From contig NC_069004.1 of NCBI RefSeq assembly GCF_001194135.2, positions 21,181,078-21,217,423 on the forward strand: a stretch of DNA of 36,346 nt, given 5' to 3'. The stretch comes from Octopus bimaculoides (Eukaryota). The notes below the pieces were generated by a model. That model made no database searches, had not been told where the DNA came from, and was given only the letters and a program-made list of their open reading frames with translations. Positions 1 to 9,398 of the stretch are shown in pieces; the stretch's first letter is position 1, and the number at the start of each line of letters is the position of its first letter. A program made the translations under genes and the position numbers.

Positions 1-1217
1 AAGTGCCAGGGTATGCCCTTGATGTTTGAAGGTCACAATATAAGTGGCAGGATATTGCCAAAGAAGTGTGATTAGAGAGTGGGGAGGGAAAGTGGGTGGT
101 GAAAACCTGGGTATATATCGAGGGGAGGTGGGGGGTGGCTAGCAATGATACAGAAAAATAGAGCCAAGAGGACAGGATTGGGGAGTGAGAGATAGGAAAT
201 GTGAAGAGAAGAGATGTAGATTTTTCTTGTTATATGTGGGTGGAACACAGGTTGGGGGCTAGCGTATAGCAATGATACAGTGAGACAGGGCCAAGAGGAC
301 AGAATTGGGGAGTGGGAGGTAAGCATAGTGCATAAAGTAGAAATGTGAGGAAGAGAAGAGTGGTAGAGATGTAGTTTGGTTTGTTATAATAGGGTGTATG
401 AAAAGTTTTCTTGTTATGTGTGGGTGGGACACAGCACTTCTAGAACTCAATTTCACTGATGTGTGCAAGTCTTCCCAAGAACCTCATATTGCCAGACATC
501 TTGGTCCATTGCCATTTCCTATGTGAGGCCCAACATCCTGAGATCAGTCCTTACCATTTCATCCTATGTCTTCCTGGGTCTCCCTCTTCTGTGGGTATCA
601 TTCACTTTCAGTGATCGGCACTTCTTTGTGCAGCTGTGCTCATTCATATGCATCACATGTCCAAACCAACATAGTTATCTCTCTTGCATGCTACATTTGA
701 TTCCGCTTATACCCAACTTTCCTCTCAATACATTTGCACTTTGTCGTACATGTGCACTGATGTTGCACATCCAACAGAGCATACTACCTTCGTTTCTCTC
801 CAGTCTACACATGTCTTCAGCATTCAGAGCCCATGTCTCACTACCATAGAGTGTAGCCATTCATACACAAGCATCATATAGTCTACTTTTCATTCTGAGA
901 GAAAGCCCTTTTGTTGCCAACTGAGGTAATAGCTCTCTGAACTTCCTCCACCCAATTCTTATTCTAGAAACAATACTTTCAGAGCATCCTCCACCATTAC
1001 TAATTTGGTCACCTAGGTAACAGAAACTATCTACAACCTCGAGAGAGCCTCCCAGGCATTTGAGGGAATCTAATTTCTGTGTGCTCTTAGTGCTTATTGT
1101 TCCTGCACATCTGCCACATGCAAAGACAACTTTATCTGCTAATTCACTCGTGATTCCACTGCACCTCGTATGTGTCCATTTCTTCCAACTCTTTTCCTAC
1201 ACATAGAACAGGGCCTA
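1..1217 (-). mobile_element. 5'-truncated RTE-clade LINE (ORF2 C-terminus plus 3' UTR), copy 1
   Basis: The minus strand reads ...VFACGRCAGT...LEVVDSFCYLGDQISNGGGCSESIVSRIRIGWRKFRELLPQL...RLYDACV*MATLYGSETWALNAEDMCRLERNEGSMLCWMC, typical of the RTE RT C-terminus (LYGSETW motif). It contains stops and deletions. Confidence 0.85.
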
Positions 1218-1239
1218 AGGAAAGAGAATTTTATCTTCT

Positions 1240-1537
1240 GGAAATTTTTTGGTATTATTTATTCTCCATTCCACATGTTTCATTTTCTGATAGGAATTAA
1301 CAAAGTTTTACATGTTAAATAGCCATGCAAGAAATTTCCTATTATAAATTATTCAGACAGAGAAATTAAATAATATAAGTTTTACATTTGGATGTGCTTC
1401 ATCCAAATGTAAAATTTGTATTATTTAATTTCACTGAAGAATTTTCCTTACATGTCTATGTCACATATAAAACTTTGTAACTCCTGTTAGCAAATGGAAC
1501 ACATGGGATGGTGAATAAATAATACCAAAAAATTCCC
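1240..1537. repeat. ~300-bp fold-back (palindromic) element, MITE-like
   Basis: Outer arms 1240-1338 and ~1440-1537 are about 80% complementary by eye. The inner stem 1362-1394/1400-1432 is 33 bp, fully paired if two G-U pairs are allowed, with a 5-nt loop (TGCTT). Confidence 0.8.
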
Positions 1538-1934
1538 AATTGTTTTGTTTTGTTATGCAATAACCCAGTAAATAGTATTTCTATAATTCTCAAGTTAAAT
1601 ATGTATTTTGACTAACATACAGCAGCAACTGGGACTACATATTGGACTGTAATAATGGAATAAGCCGAGAAGCTTCAAGAGGAAACAGGTGGAATTTACC
1701 CTAACTACCTACATTATAACTATGAGTCCACTGCAGAAACAGCTTTAAGCAAATAAAGTTCATAGATAATCATGAATTTCTTTGTCAAATTTATATAAAT
1801 AAATAAATAAATAAATANNNNNNNNNNNNNNNNNNNNNNNNNNNNNNNNNNNNNNNNNNNNNNNNNNNNNNNNNNNNNNNNNNNNNNNNNNNNNNNNNNN
1901 NNNNNNNNNNNNNNNNNNNNNNNNNNNNNNNNNN

Positions 1935-2011
<77 letters not shown>

Positions 2012-2060
2012 ATGTATGTATGCATGTATGTATGTATACATATATATTATATATGTATAT
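1935..2060. repeat. Compound microsatellite (TA)n(TG)n(TATG)n next to an assembly gap
   Basis: Read directly from the sequence. Confidence 0.95.
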
Positions 2061-2063
2061 AAT

Positions 2064-2717
2064 AGTAACGGAAAATGAAGACAAACGCACATGTTATTTA
2101 AATCATTTATATCACCATATAACTGACATATGGTTCAATTGATACATTAAAATAAATCTTTTTGCTCTCTTTGTGTGGATGAACAACTGTTTATCCTTTT
2201 TTCCAAACACACACTACTCAACACCTATAAAGAGTATGTTCACAGGTGTTTACATTGGAAAAAACACAATTTCAACTATTTCAAATAATATCTGCCCGCT
2301 TACCTAACATCTGCAACTTACACTTTATTATTTTCATCCCATACATCCCATTCTTTCCTTTATCATTTACCTTCTATTTGTTTATACCTCCATTACTCTT
2401 TTAATTCTCTTTCTCTCTTCCTTCTCTTCTTCCCCCATCCTATGATGTCAAATTTCTTAACAGTATTTTAAAACTACTAGCGTTCCCTATCCACTTTTGT
2501 TTTCCACATATTATATATCATATATTATAGTTTCTTACATCTGTAAAAATGGCTTATTAATGAGAATTGTTGTTTATAATCTCCTCCCTGATGAGATTTA
2601 TACATTATTCTTCCTCTCAGATTTATTTTAATGCATCAATCAAAACATATGTTGGTGATATGGTGATATAAATGATTTAAATAACATCTTGTGTGTTTGT
2701 CATCATTTTCCATTACT
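2064..2717 (+). mobile_element. 5'-truncated Penelope-like element (GIY-YIG C-terminus plus 3' UTR) with an inverted copy of its 3' segment at the 5' end
   Basis: 2163-2288 translates as CSLCVDEQLFILFSKHTLLNTYKEYVHRCLHWKKHNFNYFK*, the CxLC..E...LLN...C.H end of PLE GIY-YIG domains, and is homologous to 23190-23280. 2064-2159 is the reverse complement of 2619-2717. Confidence 0.75.
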
Positions 2718-2896
2718 CTTATGGTCTCCAAAACACGTCTTACTTTTTGGAATTAACACCCATGCAAGTGTGGTTACTAATTTCTTAGGCGCTTATGTGA
2801 CATTTGGCTACACTGGTAACTGTTCCTCTAGATCTTTCCTTATAAATCAAACCTTTTGTCGTTTAACGTTCACTTTCTATGCTAGCATGGGTTGGA

Positions 2897-2935
<39 letters not shown>

Positions 2936-2938
<3 letters not shown>

Positions 2939-3767
2939 GGTGTCCCAAAAGTCACCTGATGAGTTTCAATTTTTAATAACTTTCTTTACAAATAAATGCA
3001 TGAAATTTTGATACAATATAAAGGACATAATAGAAATAAATATGCATAAGACAAATTTTGCAACACCACTACATCACATATAAAAAAATGACATTGCTTA
3101 AATGGCAGCCATTTTGGGTTTCGCATGTCTTTGCTCTTTCCAAAATTTGTCCCATTACACACTCAAGAGTTTCAGACCCCACTTCTCTGATTTCTCTATT
3201 GATGTTGCACAAGGGACTCCAGTTTCTCTATTCAGTTGCACAAGGGACTCCAGTTTGTTGATGTAAACCCTCTCTTCCAGGTATCCCCACAAGAAAAAAT
3301 CTGGGCTAGTCAAGTCTGGGGAACGTGAAAGCCATTCAAAGTAGATCTAACACATGGTTCCAGGAAGATGGGGCAACTGCTCATACTGCAAGAAAAACAA
3401 TGCAACTGCTACGGCAGTGTTTTGGAGAGAAAATAATCTCCCTCTACGGCAATGTCAACTGGTCTTCATGTTTCCCAGACTCGACTAGCCTGGATGTTTT
3501 TTTTGTGGGGATACCTGAAAAAGAAGTGGGGTCTGAAACTCTTGGGGGTGTTATGGTGCAAGTTTTGGAAAGAGCAAAGCTGAAAATAGCTGCCATTTAA
3601 GCAATGTCATTTTTTTTATATGTGATGTAGTGGTGTTGCAAACTTTGACATGTGCATATTTATTTCCATTCTGCCCTTTATATTGTATCAAAATTTCATG
3701 CATTTATTTGTAAAGTTAAGGACGTTATTAAAAATTGAAACTCATCAGTGACTTTTGGGGCACCCTG
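2936..3767. mobile_element. Non-autonomous Tc1/mariner-superfamily element (rosa/DD41D-like transposase remnants), palindromic
   Basis: CAGGGTGTCCCAAAAGTCAC / CAGGGTGCCCCAAAAGTCAC termini flanked by TA (2934-35, 3768-69). The + strand has WFQEDGATAHTARKTMQLLRQCFGEKIISLYGNVNW. The - strand has SRSPDLTSPDFFLWGYLEERVYINK. Confidence 0.9.
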
Positions 3768-4361
3768 TATGTGTATATATATATATATATATATNNNNNN
3801 NNNNNNNNNNNNNNNNNNNNNNNNNNNNNNNNNNNNNNNNNNNNNNNNNNNATATATGGGTTTCTGCACAGTTGTCCATCCACAAAATTCTAATCACAAA
3901 GTATTGGCCAATTTAAAGCTATGGTAGAAGGGAAGAATGTACCAGTTCAAAGTGCAGCACAGTGGAATGGAACTCTGAACTCAGTGAATGCAAAATGAAC
4001 TGATTCAGCACATCGCCTGCTCATTAGCTTCCAACTTTTAAACCTCTTCCTCCCTAGCCACCACTTCTCACTCATTTCGCCCACTACCACCAGCACCACT
4101 GCCACACGAAAACAAAATCATCAACAAGGCAGCCATGACTGTTATCTAATATTAGAGTTAAAAGCGGAAGTTATTTAAATATTGATATCTAAGAGTGTCT
4201 CCTTCAATGACATACTATCTTTGTTTTGTCATCATACTTATAGATTATATATTTACTTACTTAACACTTCAGTGTTAGGTAAGTGAATATGTTTGTAGTT
4301 TGTAGATGAAGTGGGTTCTTTTGGCATTTTATACATATGTGTGTGCATGCATGTCTGTATG

Positions 4362-5510
4362 CATCTGGGAAATGGCCTTGTTCAATATGCAACTATAAAC
4401 TCTGTATATTGTACTTGATGTAAACAATGGACTTACACGAGATGTTGTGGGATCACTGATAGACTGTCAAAAAATCTAAGCTTCATATGCAGTAGATGCA
4501 CTGGTGCAGTTCTTGCAAGCTTACTGGAAATTGAGTCTCTTAAATGCCCAGATGGCTCATTAGAAGTAGCTGATTGCTTCTGTCCCATTGGAGATGTAAT
4601 TAGTAAGGGAGATGGTTACTCTGAAAGTACAATAGCTAGTGTGAGAACTGGCTGGAAAAAGGGAGCTACTACCACTGCTAACAACAAAGATATTTTTCTT
4701 AAGTGTGAAAGGCAGCCTGAATGATGCTTGTGTTAGAACTGCAATGCTGCATTGTAGGGTAATATGAGGTTTGAATGCAGAGGATCTGAAAAAATGGAAA
4801 GAAATAAAGTGAGCATGCTCTGCTGGATGCGCAATGTGCATGAACATGAAAGAATTAGTACAAAAATGCTGAGTGAAAAATTGGGTATTAGAGGAATCAG
4901 ATGGTGTGTGCAAGAAAGAAGACTGCATAGCAATGGACATGTGATGCATACAGACAAGAACAGCTGCAATCACTAAATGTAGCTGGAGCTTGCAGAAGGA
5001 GACCCAGGAAGGCATGGGATGAAATAGTTATGGCTGACCTTAGGACCCTGAGACTGATGGAGATTACAAAGGACCAGCATCTCTGGCAATATGAGGTTCT
5101 CAAAAAGAACTACTTTCATCAGCAAAACTGAGTTCTGGAAGTGCTATGTTTTGTGCTCTCCACCTATGTTACAGTGACACATTTCTCCCACCCATGCAGT
5201 AAGCCCACCTCTTCCCCTACCCCAGCTCCTGCATGTCATCCCTCTCTCATGTGCTTTTCCCCTGACAACTGTATCAGTTTTACTACTCCTGTTATTTTCC
5301 CCCTCCCCACTCTCTTCTGCATCCCCCTGTCTTCCCCAATTTATGGCTCATTCACCCTTCAACCCTACCCATTCTGACAGTCTACCTCTCCATTCTCTCC
5401 CTTCATTCTCCTTCCCATAAAATCTTGTAAACTGATTCAACTCACTTTGTGCCTTGTGGGGTCACCCAAACACCTCATTGCCATTGTTTACCTCTTGCAG
5501 CTCCTATTAT
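4362..5510 (+). mobile_element. 5'-truncated RTE-clade LINE, copy 2 (same family as 1-1217, opposite orientation)
   Basis: Reads GKWPCSIC...CT*CKQWTYTRCCGITDRLSKNLSFICSRCTG...LEVADCFC, then a degenerate RT C-terminus. It shares CATCAG..AA.TGAGTTCT.GAAGTGCT with copy 1 at the ORF/UTR border. The 3' boundary is approximate. Confidence 0.8.
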
Positions 5511-5563
5511 TCCTATTCTCTTTTACTAGATGTGAGTAGCAAAGCAGAGCAGATCATCTACAA

Positions 5564-5834
5564 CAGTGGTTCCCAAAGTGGTCGGTGCCACCCCCTCCTC
5601 CGGAGGGCAGCAGAAAGATCCAGGGGGTGCTGAAGAAAAGTGGGTGGCTAAAAGGGGGCGATGCATGTAAAAACAACAAAATAATAGGTTAATTAGGTTA
5701 CATCTTATTTGTGAAATACAGTTGTTTTGAAATTGCTGCAGAAAGTTGTCTGAGTTTGTGGTGGTGAGTGGTGCACTAGGAATGTGAACTGGGTGATAGG
5801 GGGGGGGGAGCCCAAAGAAGTTTCGGAACCACTG
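5564..5834. mobile_element. hAT-superfamily MITE (271 bp)
   Basis: TIRs CAGTGGTTCCCAAAGT / CAGTGGTTCCGAAACT, with a perfect 8-bp TSD ATCTACAA (5556-5563, 5835-5842). Confidence 0.92.
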
Positions 5835-6316
5835 ATCTACAAGAACCTGCACTGTTGGAAGTGTGTGGAATTTTATGCGTTAAATTATATGAGACAATAT
5901 GTATTGCACATTGACCATATCCAGCTAAAATTATCTCCTTGTTTTATCTTCAAACTGACCAGATCCAGTCTCTCACACAAACCATATTAAAATCTCAATT
6001 CTACATGATTGATTCATATCAGTGTGCATCAATGTGAATAAATAAGCATTACACTTGACAAAAATAATGTGAATGCTAAAGGGTTAACCACCATTTTATT
6101 CAGCTGGTCCACTGTACATATGAGTGGGCTGAAAAGTAAGAAGGTGAGTGTAAGAAGTTTAAAGTGGTGTAAATCATCAGGAGGTGGTGGTGGTGGTGGT
6201 GGTGGGTGTTTCTCTTTGTGGTAATGTCCTTCACAAGCCCTTCTGGTGAGATCAACACAGTAAACATTTCTCACAAACAGCTGCAAAATAACAATTGACC
6301 TTTACTGGTAAAACTT

Positions 6317-7450
6317 ATCCATCCATCCATTCCCCTCCCACCAATTATTCATAAGGGAATCGTAGGAATTGAGTCCTTAGAAACTTCCCTCATAGGGTTG
6401 TATCAGAAACGATTGTCATTAAACTTTCTGGCCGAATTCCCAAGTGTGACCAACTGCAACTGTGGATATCATCCAGTCATCTCATTCTTGATCTGTTCCT
6501 TCATCTCCTGTAAGTTGACTCAGCCTGAAGAATCATCTTGTGAGTCTTTGCCATGACATTCTAAACACATAGCTGCAGTACCAGAGCCATGGCTTTCAAT
6601 GAGAAGTAGGTTGACTTGCAGAGACTCCCTAATCGCTGAGCTATGCACCCTGTTGAGTAATATTACTCCAGACAAGGCATGTGGCTTAGTAGTTAGGGTA
6701 TTTGGCCCATGATCATAAGGTTGTGAGTTCAGTTCCTGGTGGGCATGTTGTGTCCTTGAGCAAGACACTTTATTTCATGTTGCTCCAGCCAACTCAGCTG
6801 GCAAAAATGAGTTGTACCTGTATTTCAAAGGGCCAACCTTGTCACATTCTGTTCCATGCCTAAGAACCACATTAAGGGCACACATGTCTGTGGAATGCTC
6901 AACCACTTGCGCATCAATTTCACAAGCAGGCCGTTCTGTTGATTGAATCAAGTGGAACACTCATCATCATAACCGACAGAGTATTACTCCAGACATCCTT
7001 TGGAGGATCCTCATTTCAGCTGCTTATATTTGTATTTTCAGTCATTACCCAACATTCAATAGCATGGGTGAAGACAGGCATAAATACCAAACTGAAGACA
7101 GTGAGTTTGTTTTTCTTCAATCTGAGGATTGAAAGCTGAGGCTGGCACAGTTGTGTCAGTGCCTGTAATTGTAGCATCCAAGTTAGCCTTCTGCTTCCAT
7201 CATTTGTGAATATGACCAGGAGATACTTAAACTTTTTCACTTGCCTCAGTGATGTTCTACTAACATGCAGAGTGCACTGGGAAAACTTTCTTGAGAGGAC
7301 CAATGTGCAGGGGAAAATTCCAGAAGAATGACTTTTTGGATAGAAAAGACTAGGAATAGTGGTTAATGCAGTGGTGTATGTGGACACAATAAGGGTGATA
7401 TCTGGAAAAAAGATGAATGAGGGTGCCTGAGTAGATGTGGTATAGGACAA
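6317..7450 (-). mobile_element. RTE-clade (Rex3/Expander-like) LINE 3' fragment, interrupted by a SINE
   Basis: The minus strand reads ...LRQVKKFKYL...IECWVMTE...AAEMRILQRMSGV[SINE]ILLNRVHSSAIRESLQVNLLLIE...SWSHLGIRPESL and ends in a (GGAT)n tail at 6317-6332. Confidence 0.8.
6675..6981 (+). mobile_element. tRNA-derived SINE with 14-bp TSD
   Basis: A-box-like TGGCTTAGTAGTTAGG, B-box-like AGTTCAGTTCC and central CCTTGAGCAAGACACTTTA motif. The TSD TATTACTCCAGACA is at 6661-6674 and 6982-6995. Confidence 0.9.
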
Positions 7451-7898
7451 ATCAGCTAAATAGAGATCACATTGGAGACATGTCTTGTGACTAGCTTTAT
7501 ATTAATCAGTCATGTACCTTTCTTTGGATGTAGTTTAAGATATCTGTGTTTCTAGTGGCAGTACAAAGTTTAGTTAGTATTATATATTGGCATCAAGGTG
7601 AGTGTAGGATGTTGTTGTGCTATGAGGTTGTGATCCCAGCCAGGAGCCCAGTATGACTGTTAGAAGAGGAGGAGATACCATCAAATTGCATAGCATGATG
7701 TGCACAAAAATAGAATATACAACAACTCTGTATAAGATACACAGTTCCAAGTACAACACAACATCAAATTCTGTGTGTGTATATGTGTGTGTATATATAT
7801 ATGTGTAGGTGGTTACGGTAATTCCTATTAGCAAATGAAACACATCTAATAGAGAATAAATAGTACCATAAGATTTCACTTTCCTGTTTTGTTGTATT

Positions 7899-8114
7899 TT
7901 ATTCTTTTTCTTTTCCTTTACTTGTTTCAGTGATTTGACTGCGGCCATACTGGAGCACCACCTTTTTTTAGTTGAGCAAATCAACCCGGGACTTATTCTT
8001 TGTAAGCCTAGTACTTATTCTATCGGTCTCTTCTTGCTGAACCGCTAAGTTATGGGGACGTAAACACACCAGCATCGCATGTCAAGCGATGTTGGAGGGA
8101 CAAACACAGACACA

Positions 8115-8150
<36 letters not shown>

Positions 8151-8318
8151 TATATACGACTGGCTTCTTTCAGTTTCCATCTACTAAATCCACTCATAAG
8201 GCTTTGGTCAGCCCGAGGCTATAGTAGAAGACACTTGCCAAGGTGCCACGCAGTGGGACGGAACCCGGAATCATGTGGTTGATAAGCAAGCTACTTACTA
8301 CACAGCCACTCCTGCGCA
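7899..8318 (-). mobile_element. tRNA-derived SINE, family 1 (near full length, internal (CA)n)
   Basis: The minus-strand head is GCGCAGGAGTGGCTGTGTAGTAAGTAGCTTGC...GGGTTCCGTCCCACTGCGTGGCACCTTGGCAAGTG. Homologous copies occur at 19443, 32233, 16447 and 22308. Confidence 0.85.
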
Positions 8319-8340
8319 TATATGTGTGTGTGTGTGTGTG

Positions 8341-8835
8341 TGACCCCCTTCGGTCATGAATGACCATGGGATTGCACCTAGAAAGTTACACCCCAAGGCA
8401 CAAATCTGGGCAAGATTGTTTATGGAAGAGCAGCAGTAACCCATGCATACCAGCCTCCCCTCTCTATGCCACCGATGTTATCCAAGGGAAAGGCAAAGGC
8501 CGATACAGCTTGGCACCAGTGACGTCACAGCTCATTTATTAATGTGCAAGTGGCTGAGCACTCCACAGTCATGTGTACCCTAAATGTAGTTCACAGGGAG
8601 ATTCAGTGTGACACAGAGTGTGACAAGGTTGGCTCCTTTGAAATACAAGTACAACAGAAACAAGAAGAAAGAGTTAAGAGAAAGTTGTGGTGAAAGAGTA
8701 CAGCAGGCTTCACCACCACCCCCTGTCAGAGCCTCGTGGAGCTTTTAGGTGTTTTTACTCAATAAACACTCACAATGCCCAGTCTGGGAATCAAAACCGC
8801 GATCCTACAACCGTGAGTCCACTGCCCTAACCACT
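8341..8835 (-). mobile_element. tRNA-derived SINE related to 6675-6981
   Basis: The minus-strand head is TAGTGGTTAGGGCAGTGGACTC...GGTTTTGATTCCC. It shares TGTA.TTGTATTTCAAAGG..CCAACCTTGTCACA with the 6675 SINE. Confidence 0.75.
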
Positions 8836-8894
<59 letters not shown>

Positions 8895-8962
8895 AATGTG
8901 TATACATATGTGTGTGTGTGTGTGTGTGCATGCGTGTGTGTGTGTGTGTGTGTGTGCGCGCG
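8836..8962. repeat. Compound (TA)n/(TG)n microsatellite
   Basis: Read directly from the sequence. Confidence 0.95.
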
Positions 8963-9287
8963 CACCTGAATTATCAGTACATGAATCAGTTGTTTTACAT
9001 TATGTGTGTTACAAATAATACACATTTGCATGTACCCAAAAAGGCAAAAAAATCCACAAAAACGAGGTAAAAGAACAACAAACCGTGTGTATTAGCTTAA
9101 CACTCAGGATGGATATATATATATATATATGTATATACTTGACCACCAGTGACCTTTTGGATCACAGGGGAAGTCTGAGTTTCGTAGCAATGGAGTTTTG
9201 TTTTCTTTTCCTTGTTATTTCGCATGCTTTCAACGAATCTGATATTGAAATCAGACATAAACAGTTCCTTTCTCCAGAAAGGGAAAG

Positions 9288-9398
9288 ATTTGGCTGTTAT
9301 TTCTTGCACACCCTGCTACCATGTAACAGGTATTCCGGGTTCTTTATCGCAAGTAGCTGTTATGTGGTAGCAGGGCGATCTAGAAATAACAGCCAAGT
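9288..9398. repeat. 111-nt hairpin / palindromic MITE
   Basis: 42-bp arms (9288-9329, 9357-9398) with 35/42 Watson-Crick pairs plus 3 G-U and a 27-nt loop. The arm motif AGAAATA(A/G)CAGCCAA recurs near 10385, 24925, 28330 and 29865. Confidence 0.8.

Noticed and set aside
2586-2740. CTGATGAG in the Penelope 3' UTR as a hammerhead ribozyme core
   Set aside because: There is no stem II followed by GAAA at a suitable distance; the nearest candidate (GTCTCCAAAAC) is ~130 nt away and does not fit the core. CCTGGTGAAGGCC near 20005 fails likewise.
6675-8835. A/B-box sequences as tRNA genes
   Set aside because: They do not form complete cloverleafs and continue into shared SINE bodies, so they are tRNA-derived SINE heads.
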